64,000 nt of DNA from Candidatus Bipolaricaulota bacterium (GTDB lineage: Bacteria; Bipolaricaulota; Bipolaricaulia; M55B111). The notes beneath the pieces are model-generated. The model was given only the letters and a program-made list of their open reading frames with translations, was not told the DNA's origin and did not search any database. The stretch is taken from the NCBI GenBank assembly GCA_018334915.1, contig JAGXLB010000001.1:11017-75016 (forward strand), given 5' to 3'. This document shows positions 9,118 to 18,848 of the stretch, one piece after another (position 1 is the stretch's first letter; every line of letters starts with the position of its first letter). Both the position numbers and the translations under genes were made by a program.

Positions 9118-10338
9118 TTAAGACTTGTTATCTTCGTCAAATTCTGACAAATTGTGACCGAGCTTTTCTACCTTGGTTTGAAGATAATCCTGGTTGTGCT
9201 CATTTGCCTCGATTTCTATGGGTACAGTCTCCGAAATATGAAGACCGTATCCTTCAAGTCCGACCACCTTCCGAGGGTTGTTGGTAAGTAGACGAATTGA
9301 GCTCAACCCAAGGTCGGAAAGTATCTGAGCTCCGAATCCGTAATCTCTTAGGTCGGCAGGGAATCCAAGCTCTTCGTTGGCTTCCACGGTGTCCATCCCT
9401 TGATCCTGGAGTTCGTAGGCGCAAACTTTATTGCTTAAGCCGATCCCCCGTCCTTCCTGTCTCATGTAGACCAGCACACCTTCTCCAGCTTCGTCTATGG
9501 TGGTTAAAGCCCTGTGCAGCTGTCCGCCACAGTCGCACCGTTTTGACCCGAATACGTCACCCGTCAGGCATTCAGAATGTACTCTGACCAGCACGTCTTC
9601 TTCCCCTTCTACTTCACCTTTTACCAGAGCGACGTGTTCATCGCCGTTTATCTGATCGATATAACTGTGTATCTTGAAGTTCCCGTATTTTGTCGGCAGT
9701 CTTGCCGATCCGGTCCGGTTTACAAGCTTCTCGTTTTTCTTCCTGTATTCTATTAGATCTTCTATGGATACTATCCTGAACCCGTGTTTGTCGGCAATTT
9801 TCTTTAGAGCCGGAAATCGGGCCATGGAACCGTCTTCGTCCATTATTTCACAGAGGACGGCTGCGGGGTAAAGGTCAGCCAATTTTGCAAAATCCACCGC
9901 TGCTTCGGTATGACCAGCTCGATGCAACACTCCACCCTGTTCTGCTTTTAGGGGAAAGACGTGTCCGGGTCGGACCAGATCTTCCGGACCTTTGTCTTCG
10001 TCAATAAGGATAGAAATAGTTCTAGCCCGGTCGTACGCGGATATTCCCGTTGAGATACCATCTCTGGCGTCTACGGAAACGGTGAATTGAGTGCCGTGAT
10101 GAGAGGTATTATTTCCAACCATAGAATCGAGCTCCAGCTCGGTTAATCTTTCCTGTTCCATGGGTGTGCATACCAGCCCTCGACCCTCTTTGGTCATGAA
10201 ATTAATGTCTTCAGGTCGGGCTTTCTCCGCTGCCATCACGAAATCCCCTTCGTTTTCCCGTTCCTCGTCGTCAACGACGATTATTATTTCACCTGATTCT
10301 ATTGAGTCTATTGCTTCTTCTATCGGATCGAGACTCAT
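9118..10338 (-). CDS. ribBA: Bifunctional 3,4-dihydroxy-2-butanone-4-phosphate synthase / GTP cyclohydrolase II
   Basis: 406 aa; DHBP synthase N-terminal half ([11 protein letters not shown]...) and a GTP cyclohydrolase II C-terminal half with the zinc-binding CxC motif ([17 protein letters not shown]) and ...QEGRGIGL. Confidence 0.95.
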   Translation of the reverse strand: MSLDPIEEAIDSIESGEIIIVVDDEERENEGDFVMAAEKARPEDINFMTKEGRGLVCTPMEQERLTELELDSMVGNNTSHHGTQFTVSVDARDGISTGISAYDRARTISILIDEDKGPEDLVRPGHVFPLKAEQGGVLHRAGHTEAAVDFAKLADLYPAAVLCEIMDEDGSMARFPALKKIADKHGFRIVSIEDLIEYRKKNEKLVNRTGSARLPTKYGNFKIHSYIDQINGDEHVALVKGEVEGEEDVLVRVHSECLTGDVFGSKRCDCGGQLHRALTTIDEAGEGVLVYMRQEGRGIGLSNKVCAYELQDQGMDTVEANEELGFPADLRDYGFGAQILSDLGLSSIRLLTNNPRKVVGLEGYGLHISETVPIEIEANEHNQDYLQTKVEKLGHNLSEFDEDNKS

Positions 10339-10353
10339 CTTTTCACTCCTAAC

Positions 10354-10965
10354 TTATTTCCTGTAAGGGTTGGGTTCCTTCACAGTATTTGTAACGTATT
10401 TTGCCAGTATATCGAATTCAACGTTTACTCTCGAGCCGCCTTTCTTGAACTGTAAAGTCGTGTTTTCATAAGTATGAGGTATGACACTTACGGAGAAAGC
10501 CCCTCCGCTGACCTGGTAAGGGGTAAGGCTAATCCCGTCTATCGCTACTGCGCCCTTATTTACAAGGTAATTAGAGAACTGCCTGGAGGTGGATATTCTA
10601 TAAAGGTAGTTCTCCCGGTCTTTCTTGATTCTACCTATCCTTCCCAGAGTATCCACGTGACCCTGAACCAGGTGTCCATCTAACCTTTTAGAGAGTTCAT
10701 CCATTCCCAGCGGTAATTCAAGATTTACTCTATCACCAGGTCTCAGGTCCCCGATATTCGTCTTTCTTTTTGTTTCCGGCGATACGTCGACGGACAGACG
10801 TTCCTTTCCGTTTTCAATATCTACTGCCGTAAGGCAGGCTCCATTGACGCTTATACTGCCACCAATTCCCATTGTGTCCAGAAGTCTTTCCGGAACTGAA
10901 AAGATGAACCGACTCCCGTCAGTTTTGATCAGATTTCCAATATCTTCTACTACGCCAGTGAACAT
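10354..10965 (-). CDS. ribE: Riboflavin synthase alpha subunit
   Basis: 203 aa; [10 protein letters not shown]...SVNGACLTA and the duplicated lumazine-binding repeat. Confidence 0.9.
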   Translation of the reverse strand: MFTGVVEDIGNLIKTDGSRFIFSVPERLLDTMGIGGSISVNGACLTAVDIENGKERLSVDVSPETKRKTNIGDLRPGDRVNLELPLGMDELSKRLDGHLVQGHVDTLGRIGRIKKDRENYLYRISTSRQFSNYLVNKGAVAIDGISLTPYQVSGGAFSVSVIPHTYENTTLQFKKGGSRVNVEFDILAKYVTNTVKEPNPYRK

Positions 10966-11435
10966 TATGCTGGTAGTGGTGAATAAAAATGCCCGGGTAA
11001 TACCAAGAAAGATCGACCTCTTTTTCCTTCCTAGGTTTCACTTTAGTGTACTCGAAGAACGGACTGTCATTCAACCAGTTTGGCCCGGCGAAAGCCGTTC
11101 CGGGGGGGATCCGTCAGAGGGGACCGGTAACTGGGTGAATTGAAATAGTCCAGTTAGTTAGTTAAAATCTTGGGATCGCCGAGAAACTGCGAGAACCCTT
11201 TAGGGACAAATCGGCTGGTTTCTCCTCCGGTCCAGCGCTAAAAAATTAGTTACTGGGCTGGAACTGTAATAATCGAAGTCTAAAATTGATAATAAAGGGG
11301 CTCTGTAATATCTAGATAAATTTCATATTTTGGAATCGGGCAGAACTTCTTTTTTTGATTGATACATATAATATCTTTTACGAGTTCCGTTCTTAGAGTC
11401 ATGACTGATGATAGAGAGTCCGAGGAGGAGCTAAA

Positions 11436-13028
11436 GTGCAATTTATGTCTTTAAAAAATAGAAAACTTTTGACCGTTATTCTTTTCTTGTCAGTAACGTT
11501 CCTTATCCTGTTTGGATTTACAGGAGCGGGAGCTTCGGAGGGCAAGCAGCCCATTAAGGTTACTCGGAACCAGGAAAAGGGAATTTTTCAGGTTCGGACT
11601 TCAATAGCGGATTATCTTTTCACCGAAAAAGGAGGAGATCTGAGAAGTATATTTATTCATTTTTCCTCTTTTAGAACGAATAAAGCCGAGATAGTGCCCG
11701 GCACGACGACGGATCCGGAGACCTTGAGTAGGTCTTATCCGGATAACGTAAAATTTCCCGGTGAATTAAGTATTAAAGGGGAGTCGGACCGCAACTTATC
11801 TTACGAGGCAGAGATCCCCGAAGGAACTCATTACGATGAACTACGGATAACTTTTACCGGCGGCAAGAATGGGCTCCAGGTAGAGAAAACTTTTACGATT
11901 TACAACGATGCCAACTATACCTTAGGTCTTTCGGTCTCCATCACTAACGAGTCGGGAGAATCAGTTGATCTGGGGGAGGAAGCCAGGTTGTATCTTGGCT
12001 CCCGCACCAAATCGGGTGGAGATGGGGACCTGGATTATCTCACGGACACGACTACTAAATTCATATTCGACGGCGAAGTCAGTAACGGCAAGCTGGCTCA
12101 GGGGTCTTACAATAGTTTCGGAGGACTCGGCTTAATAGGTGAGAACCTGGTCTTGTTTCTAAAGACAGGGTTGCCATATGCCGACGGTGAAGGCTCTGTA
12201 GATAAAGGCGTTACGCCGTATGTAGCTGAGGGAAACCTCGGAGTCAACTTGACCGGAACGGAGCTGGCTGCAGGTGAATCGGAAAGGTTTCAGTTTTCCC
12301 TTTATGGAGGGAGGCGCCGGCACGTTTTGCTGTCGAACGTTGGCCTCGGAAATACCGACGATATTGGATTCTTTAGCCAATTGTTGGTTCCGGTAATTGG
12401 TTTTCTCAATCAACTGTACGACTTTACCGGAAATTACGGCTGGGCTATAATTTTGTTTACGATCTTAATACGGGCCTTGCTTTACCCGCTGATGCGGAAT
12501 ATGTATCGCTCCATGGCAAAAATGCAGGAGTTACAGCCAAAGATACAGGAGATCCAGGACAAATACGATGACCGGGAGGAGCAACAGCAGGAGATGATGG
12601 CGCTATATAAGGAGGAAGACGTAAATCCCATGGGAGGTTGTCTGCCGATGTTTATCCAGCTGCCTATCTTGATCCTCCTCTGGCGGGCGATAATGTACAG
12701 CGCGGAAGCTATTCACGTTTCTCCCGGATTTCTCTGGATTAAAGACCTTAGCATGCACGACCCATATTACATCCTCGTGGTACTGACGGTGGGGACGATG
12801 ATCCTTCAGCAGCAGATGATGCAGACGCCGGGTGGGGGCGGAAGCCAGAACAAGCTTATGACTTTTGGTTTTCCGTTATTTATGGGAATATTTCTTAGGA
12901 ATTTCCCTGCTGGACTGTGGCTGTACTACTTCCTTACACAGGTCTTCATGATCGGCCAGCAGGCATTCATTAACTGGGAAATGGAAAGGGGAGAGACGGA
13001 AGGTGAAAGTCAGCCCCAGGAAACATGA
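11436..13028 (+). CDS. yidC: Membrane protein insertase YidC (with large periplasmic domain)
   Basis: 530 aa; N-terminal TM anchor, a periplasmic domain of about 300 aa, then the conserved YidC/Oxa1 core (YGWAIILFTILIRALLYPL...MYSAEAI...NFPAGLWLYYF). GTG start 5 nt after GAGGAGGAG. Confidence 0.95.
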   Translation: MQFMSLKNRKLLTVILFLSVTFLILFGFTGAGASEGKQPIKVTRNQEKGIFQVRTSIADYLFTEKGGDLRSIFIHFSSFRTNKAEIVPGTTTDPETLSRSYPDNVKFPGELSIKGESDRNLSYEAEIPEGTHYDELRITFTGGKNGLQVEKTFTIYNDANYTLGLSVSITNESGESVDLGEEARLYLGSRTKSGGDGDLDYLTDTTTKFIFDGEVSNGKLAQGSYNSFGGLGLIGENLVLFLKTGLPYADGEGSVDKGVTPYVAEGNLGVNLTGTELAAGESERFQFSLYGGRRRHVLLSNVGLGNTDDIGFFSQLLVPVIGFLNQLYDFTGNYGWAIILFTILIRALLYPLMRNMYRSMAKMQELQPKIQEIQDKYDDREEQQQEMMALYKEEDVNPMGGCLPMFIQLPILILLWRAIMYSAEAIHVSPGFLWIKDLSMHDPYYILVVLTVGTMILQQQMMQTPGGGGSQNKLMTFGFPLFMGIFLRNFPAGLWLYYFLTQVFMIGQQAFINWEMERGETEGESQPQET

Positions 13029-13492
13029 CAGAAAAAGAGGGAAAAGCCGAACGGGAAGTAGCTTCTTATCTCGAAGGATTTTTCGAGTTGATCGGGGAAA
13101 ATCCCGGTCTTGAAGTAGAGGCGAAGTCACCCGACGAACTCTACGTTAACATCCAGGGAAAATCTGATTTTTTTTCCGAGGAACGGGAAAAGCTGGCAAA
13201 ATCCCTTTCCGTATTGGTTAAGGTTCTGCTTGAGCGCCAGTATGATCTGGATAAAGACGTCCAGATAGATATTAACGGGGTCAAACTCTCCCGGAGGAAA
13301 AGTCTGGAACGTTTCGCCCTGAATGCTGCAGAAAGGGCAGTTTCGAAGGGAAAAAAGGTAAGGCTTAACCCAATGCCCCCGGTGGAAAGAAAGTGGATTC
13401 ACGTTGCCCTAAGTGACTCCGAAGACGTTGAGACCTACAGCGTGGGAGAGGGCGACGATCGACGAGTAATAATAAAACCAAAAGAGGAATGA
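13025..13492 (+). CDS. jag: Jag/KhpB-like RNA-binding protein (KH + R3H)
   Basis: 155 aa; conserved position after yidC; R3H-like C-terminus (ERKWIHVALSD...VETYSVGEG..RRVII). Confidence 0.8.
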   Translation: MTEKEGKAEREVASYLEGFFELIGENPGLEVEAKSPDELYVNIQGKSDFFSEEREKLAKSLSVLVKVLLERQYDLDKDVQIDINGVKLSRRKSLERFALNAAERAVSKGKKVRLNPMPPVERKWIHVALSDSEDVETYSVGEGDDRRVIIKPKEE

Positions 13493-14880
13493 AGGAAGAA
13501 GAAACGATTGCGGCAATCTCCACTCCCCTGGGCAAGAGTGGTATCGGCATTGTCAGGCTGTCCGGTCAAAAAGCTCTTGATATTGCAGGAAAATTGTTCA
13601 CCTCGCCTGACCGTGTTGATTTAACCGAGGTCGAGTCCCATACCCTTCATTACGGATACATTCGTGATCCTGATAAGGAAAGGGAAATCGACGAGGTCCT
13701 GCTTTCTGTTATGAAGGCTCCCCATACTTATACCAGAGAAGATGTAGTTGAGATAAACTGTCACGGAGGCGTTGTTCCACTACGGGAGACGCTCGAGCTA
13801 GCTCTAAACGCAGGAGCTCGGCCGGCCGAGCCGGGGGAGTTTACCAAACGGGCATTTTTAAACGGCCGACTTACGCTGGACCAGGCCAAATCGGTAAAAG
13901 ATATTGTCGATTCAAAGACCCGGTTTTCCCTGGAACTTTCCCTTGATAGACTCGAAGGAAAATTTTCCAGTTTACTGAGCTCGGTCAGGGAAAACCTGAC
14001 GTCTATCCTGGCTGAGATAGAGACGATGATAAATTATCCCGATTACGAGGAATCAATTGTTTCCAGGAGCGAGCTGGAAGAGAGGCTTTCCGACTTAGAA
14101 GAGAGGATAGAGGATTTTCTTGCAAACAGTAAGGACGGCAAGATACTCAAGGAGGGTCATAAAATTGCGATTCTCGGTCGACCTAATGTTGGTAAGTCTA
14201 CTTTATTAAATACGTTACTGCGGGAGGAGAGAGCTATCGTGAGCCCCACTCCCGGAACCACCAGGGATACTCTGGAGGAAGAACTTGAAATCGACGGTAT
14301 ACCCTTTTTAATAACCGATACGGCTGGAATTAGAAAAACCGAAGGAGAAATAGAAAAAAAGGGCGTCCGGAGAGCGAAGGAACAGGGGCAAAAGGCGGAC
14401 ATCTCCTTGCTGTTAATTGATGTGAATACCGGAATCGAGCCCGAGGACCATGATATAGCGGAGGAGGTTGACGAGGAGAAGACAATTCTAGTTTTGAACA
14501 AGATTGATCTGGTTGATAACTTGCCAGAACAGGAGATCATCACTAAAATGGGTTCTGGTTGGGCTGACGTAGTAAATCTTTCGGCTGAAGAAGGGCGGGG
14601 CTTAAAAGCTCTTGAAAGTTCTATCACCGGTCTTGTCTGGGGAGGAAAAGTAAGGAAGGACGAAAGTCTTGTTCTGCTGAATGTCCGGGAGAAAGAGTTA
14701 CTCAAACAAGCAAAGGAAAGTCTTGCCAGTGCCCGCCAGGCACTTTGTGAGGGAAGATCGATAGATCTGGTTGAGTTCGATATCAGAGAAGCGCGAAAGG
14801 ACCTTGGGGCATTGCTTGGTGAAGATTTGACGGAAGAGATTCTTAACCGCGTCTTTTCGGATTTTTGTGTGGGCAAGTAG
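13489..14880 (+). CDS. mnmE: tRNA modification GTPase MnmE
   Basis: 463 aa; N-terminal THF-binding domain, G-domain (GRPNVGKSTLLN...DTAGIR) and the C-terminal CVGK motif. Confidence 0.95.
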   Translation: MKEEETIAAISTPLGKSGIGIVRLSGQKALDIAGKLFTSPDRVDLTEVESHTLHYGYIRDPDKEREIDEVLLSVMKAPHTYTREDVVEINCHGGVVPLRETLELALNAGARPAEPGEFTKRAFLNGRLTLDQAKSVKDIVDSKTRFSLELSLDRLEGKFSSLLSSVRENLTSILAEIETMINYPDYEESIVSRSELEERLSDLEERIEDFLANSKDGKILKEGHKIAILGRPNVGKSTLLNTLLREERAIVSPTPGTTRDTLEEELEIDGIPFLITDTAGIRKTEGEIEKKGVRRAKEQGQKADISLLLIDVNTGIEPEDHDIAEEVDEEKTILVLNKIDLVDNLPEQEIITKMGSGWADVVNLSAEEGRGLKALESSITGLVWGGKVRKDESLVLLNVREKELLKQAKESLASARQALCEGRSIDLVEFDIREARKDLGALLGEDLTEEILNRVFSDFCVGK

Positions 14881-14935
14881 TACCTTTATTTGTGGAAAGC
14901 TAAGCAAAATTACAGGAGGAGCAGGGAGTTATCTT

Positions 14936-15763
14936 ATGAAAGATTCGGAGAGGTCCAATGAAGAAATCCTCGAGGAAATTCAGGAACTTAAGGAGAAGGA
15001 GGGTGGGGAGGAAGCTGGTGAACGAGATGAACTAAAAAATCGAATCGACGAGTTAAAGGATAAATTAATTGAACGGAATATTCCCCTCGTAAAGTCCATT
15101 GCGGGTGATTTTACTCATTCGGGCTTGGATTTTGAAGACCTTCGACAGGCCGGTTATATCGGTTTATTGAACGCCGTCGAAAATTTCGATTTAAGCAGAG
15201 GAACTAAGTTTTCAACTTACGCGACTCACCTCATCAAAGGAGAAATCAGGCATCAGGTGAGAGATAACCAGCCTTCCGTTCATATTCCCCAGTGGGTAAA
15301 AAGATTGAATAAGAAGGTCAAGAAGGCCCAGGAGAGAATTTATCAAGAAACAGGAGAATACCCGAGTATCAAAGACCTTGCCGAGGAGCTGAACATTGAA
15401 GAAGAGGGGGTTAAAGAGGTCTTGAAAGCCAGGGATTCGATGACCTATGTATCTATTGACCGGGAGCGAAGGGAATCCGATCCGAGGCCGGAGTACATAG
15501 ATTACGAGAAGATCAAAAGCAAGCACGAAGAAGACCTCCCGCTCGAGTTCAAGGTAAGGATCGCCGACGCTATCGAAAAGTTAACTGAGGTTCAGCAGCA
15601 GGTGGTAAAAGGGATATTTTACGAGGACCAGACTCAGGAGGAGATAGGGGAAGAGATCGGAACCTCCCAGCGTCAGGTTTCCCGAATAAAGTACAGGGTC
15701 CTGGACGAACTGGAATCTCAACTCAAGGATAAATCCGATGACCAAGCTGAGGACGACGAGTAG
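14936..15763 (+). CDS. Alternative RNA polymerase sigma factor (group 3, SigB/SigF/SigG-like)
   Basis: Region 2 (IPLVKSIAGDF...YIGLLNAVENFDLSRGTKFSTYATHLIKGEIRHQVRD), region 3, and a region-4 HTH (QTQEEIGEEIGTSQRQVSRIKYRVLDEL). I prefer the ATG at 14936, which has a GGGAG RBS, over the upstream in-frame start at 14867 that would overlap mnmE. Confidence 0.85.
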   Translation: MKDSERSNEEILEEIQELKEKEGGEEAGERDELKNRIDELKDKLIERNIPLVKSIAGDFTHSGLDFEDLRQAGYIGLLNAVENFDLSRGTKFSTYATHLIKGEIRHQVRDNQPSVHIPQWVKRLNKKVKKAQERIYQETGEYPSIKDLAEELNIEEEGVKEVLKARDSMTYVSIDRERRESDPRPEYIDYEKIKSKHEEDLPLEFKVRIADAIEKLTEVQQQVVKGIFYEDQTQEEIGEEIGTSQRQVSRIKYRVLDELESQLKDKSDDQAEDDE

Positions 15764-15772
15764 GGAGGAAGA

Positions 15773-16024
15773 ATGGATAAATTAGTGGAGGGTCTCGCAC
15801 TGGTCGAAGAAGTAAATAGACTCATTGAAAACCTTCAGGAGTCTCTGGAGCTTTTTAGACAGGGAAAAGCAGACAAAGCTCTTGAAAAGGTAAATTCTGT
15901 CGAAGAAGGCATCGAGGATTTAAACGCAGGAAATTTACCGGAACGGGCTGAGATCGAGGAGAGGCTTTCCGATGCCCTGACCAGTCTTGAATGGGTTAGT
16001 GATAATGCCGACAGGGTAAAATAG
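15773..16024 (+). CDS. Hypothetical small acidic helical protein (83 aa)
   Basis: Begins 10 nt after the sigma-factor stop on the same strand. No recognisable domain; predicted all-helical and acidic. Confidence 0.5.
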   Translation: MDKLVEGLALVEEVNRLIENLQESLELFRQGKADKALEKVNSVEEGIEDLNAGNLPERAEIEERLSDALTSLEWVSDNADRVK

Positions 16025-16160
16025 ATGACCACGCTGGAAAGTCCGGGAGGATAGAAGGAAAGGTAAAAGAGTTAGAGAAGAACTTCTAAATTATTAAGCC
16101 GTTCGAATTCGAGTTTTCTAGTACGCGACATACGATCTCGTTGAGTTATCGTAGATATCC

Positions 16161-16847
16161 ATGGTTGATTATACTATACACGATTTACCACCGGATGATA
16201 GACCGAGGGAAAAGCTAGAGCAAAACGGTCCGGAGTACCTGAGCGATTCGGAACTTCTGGCACTGGTAATAAGGTCCGGAATAAAAGGAAAGAACGTTCT
16301 TGAAGTAACACGGGAAATCCTTCGAGACTTGGACCTCAATAATCTTTCCAATTCCACACTACAGGAACTTCAGAGCTACAGGGGGATTGGGAAAGTAAAA
16401 GCCGGTCAAATTCTCGCCGTTTTTGAGCTGGGTAAGAGATTTGCAAGGGACGAACTTGCAACCGGAGAAAAGATATTTAGTCTCGATGACGTCCTTGGCC
16501 ACTTGAACCCCGAAATGAGGAGCCTGGAAAGGGAGGAATTGAGGGCTCTCCACCTTAATAACGCAAACGAACTCATCCACGAGGAAACGATCTTTTACGG
16601 AACTCTAAACGAGGTCCAGATTCAGCCTAGGGAGATCGCTAAAAGTTGTTTGAAGCATAATAGCGGGGGAATCATACTTGCTCATAATCATCCAGGGGGA
16701 AAGTCCGATCCCTCCGAAGCCGATATAAACGTAACAGAAAGGTTGATGTCTACGTTAAGTAATCTTGGTATTACTTTGATAGATCACGTAATAGTGGGAA
16801 AGCACGAAGAAACAAGTCTGAAAAGAGAAGGTTATCTGGGAGGTTGA
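16161..16847 (+). CDS. radC: RadC-family JAB-domain protein (UPF0758)
   Basis: 228 aa; N-terminal HhH region and the JAMM motif HNHPGG.SDPSEAD. Confidence 0.9.
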   Translation: MVDYTIHDLPPDDRPREKLEQNGPEYLSDSELLALVIRSGIKGKNVLEVTREILRDLDLNNLSNSTLQELQSYRGIGKVKAGQILAVFELGKRFARDELATGEKIFSLDDVLGHLNPEMRSLEREELRALHLNNANELIHEETIFYGTLNEVQIQPREIAKSCLKHNSGGIILAHNHPGGKSDPSEADINVTERLMSTLSNLGITLIDHVIVGKHEETSLKREGYLGG

Positions 16848-16945
16848 TCTTTCAGGTAATGAAGGGAAACCTCTGTAAAAGTGATTACCTCTGATCAGGC
16901 TTTTAAATGATCCTGATTCTTGTTCTTCTCCTGATTATCCAGTGT

Positions 16946-16973
16946 TTGAACCCGGGAGCTGGCTCTATATAAT
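16946..16973 (+). promoter_or_regulatory. Putative sigma-70 promoter of the TPR-like gene
   Basis: TTGAAC (16946-16951), 16-nt spacer, TATAAT (16968-16973), about 28 nt upstream of the ATG at 17002. Confidence 0.4.
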
Positions 16974-17001
16974 TAACTAATCCCAGTTCACCTAATCAAA
17001 T

Positions 17002-17898
17002 ATGAATAATAGAAAAAAACTACTGACCTGTTTATCGTTTTTTATTTTATTGATCCTTCTGGTCCCGGAGGTTAGACTGCACGGAGAAGAGGGAAACTTG
17101 CCAGAGAACACCAGCTTGCAGGACCTAATAAGGGAGGCTGACCGGGTTGCTCGGAAAGCAAGAACTGACGTCCAAACGGAGGAGAAGCTAAGAGAAGCGA
17201 TCGAGCTTTACTGGAAGGTCCTAGAACTCGACCCGAAGAATCGGCACGCTTTGAACAGATTATCGCTGGGTTACTTTACTCTGGCGGAAGCTTACCTGGA
17301 CGAGCCGGAAGAAAAGAAGTCCTATTATACTAAGGGTTACGAGTACGGGTTAAGCAGTTTGAAGTCCAATGAAGAATTTGCTGAGCTTTACGAAGATCTG
17401 GGGTTTGGGGCGTTAAAGAACCTTCCAGATAACGTAGAGGACGTGGAGGCAGTCTTCTGGACGGGGGCCAATCTCGGGCGGCTTGGGGAGACCAAAGGGA
17501 TACTGGACTCTCTTGGCGATCTTCCCGCCCTCATAGCTTTAAATCGTCGGGCAGTTAGCCTTGACGAAGCTTACCTGGGTGGTGGTGCGCACCGGGCTCT
17601 TGGATCGATCGCCGGAGAATTACTCAGCAGATGGCCTGTTACCATTATGCAGGTTAATAAGTACGATCTAAGCTGGGACAAAGCAAAAAAACACTTTGAA
17701 AGAGCGATTAAAATTGCGCCAAACTGCCTGGAAAATTACTTTTCTTACGCCAAGTACTATGCTTTTAAGAGGGGAAAGAAGGAGATGGCCCGTGAACTCC
17801 TTGACAATGTATTGGCCAATAATTTGGGCGACGAGTACCCCCTGATTAATAAAATTGCTAAGGATAAGGCCAGAGAGCTAAGTCAAGAAAGATTTTGA
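17002..17898 (+). CDS. Secreted TPR-like repeat protein (hypothetical)
   Basis: 298 aa; N-terminal signal peptide (LLTCLSFFILLILLVPEV) followed by helical repeats. Confidence 0.6.
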   Translation: MNNRKKLLTCLSFFILLILLVPEVRLHGEEGNLPENTSLQDLIREADRVARKARTDVQTEEKLREAIELYWKVLELDPKNRHALNRLSLGYFTLAEAYLDEPEEKKSYYTKGYEYGLSSLKSNEEFAELYEDLGFGALKNLPDNVEDVEAVFWTGANLGRLGETKGILDSLGDLPALIALNRRAVSLDEAYLGGGAHRALGSIAGELLSRWPVTIMQVNKYDLSWDKAKKHFERAIKIAPNCLENYFSYAKYYAFKRGKKEMARELLDNVLANNLGDEYPLINKIAKDKARELSQERF

Positions 17899-18309
17899 TA
17901 AATTCAATTGGTTCGGGCAAGGATAATATTTACCATTAATATAACACTCGGTTCTTTCACAATTGGACAAGAAAACTTTAAGGAGAGTAATTAGTTTGGC
18001 TGAATCCCGCACTCTCTGCCGCTTATACCTCGCTGATGTAACAAGTCGCTGCTGGAAGACCTCTAATAATTAATCTGACCAGCTGGTTCCTCCCTGAGGG
18101 TTCTAACTTAGCTTTTATAGGTCCGTTGGAAAAACTGCGATTTCAGTTAGTTTTTAATACCTACTCATGGCCGGGCCCTTCCCCGATCTTGAACGAGATT
18201 GGGTTGAGTCGTAGAATTACAAAGCTTTTTGAAATTTGAAAAGAGGAATTTCTGATTAGTAATTTAACTAAAATCGGTGGAAACTTTACTATTAAGATAA
18301 CTTTTAGGG

Positions 18310-18798
18310 GTGGAACCAGTGGAATTAATTCTAACCGAAGAGGTAGAAGATCTTGGTGAAGTCGGGGAAAAAGTAGAAGTTGCCGACGGTTACGGAAGGA
18401 ACTACCTGCTTCCAAAGGGACTGGCGGTTGAACCGACAGTTGGAAATAAAAGGCGATACGAGAAGATCAGAAAGGAAATAAGCCAGAGAAGAGAGGAGAG
18501 GCGGGAAAGAGCCGAAGAACGAGCCGACGAATTGAACGGGTTGGAACTGACTTTCTATCGCAAAGCTCAGGAAGAGAGCCATCTTTACGGATCAGTAAGA
18601 AAGAAAGACATAGTCGATTCCATCAATGAGGAGACAGGTATTGACACTGCACCCGAAGCAGTAAGGCTTGACTCTCCGATAGAGGAACTGGGGCAATTCG
18701 GAGTTGAAATAAGGCTCTATGAAGATATACACGCCAACGTAAAAGTCAATGTAGAAGAGGAAGAATCTACTGAAGAAGAACCCGAGGAAGAAGGTTGA
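18310..18798 (+). CDS. rplI: 50S ribosomal protein L9
   Basis: 162 aa; N-domain (ELILTEEVEDLGEVGEKVEVADGYGRNYLLPKGLA), long helix and C-domain, plus an acidic C-terminal tail. Not embedded in an rpsF-ssb-rpsR context. Confidence 0.9.
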   Translation: MEPVELILTEEVEDLGEVGEKVEVADGYGRNYLLPKGLAVEPTVGNKRRYEKIRKEISQRREERRERAEERADELNGLELTFYRKAQEESHLYGSVRKKDIVDSINEETGIDTAPEAVRLDSPIEELGQFGVEIRLYEDIHANVKVNVEEEESTEEEPEEEG

Positions 18799-18848
18799 TC
18801 TGCTTCCTCGGTCTAGACGAGATAACTAACCACCGGAGTCATTACTAA

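Noticed and set aside
10966-11435. Possible FMN riboswitch in the leader upstream of ribE (minus strand)
   Set aside because: Only scattered short resemblances (GACAGT, GGGTGAATTGAA on the wrong strand and in the wrong order); the conserved core blocks are not present contiguously. Left as a check (cmscan RF00050) rather than a call.
14157-14876. 239-aa minus-strand ORF overlapping mnmE
   Set aside because: Ser-rich antisense translation of mnmE; no independent support.
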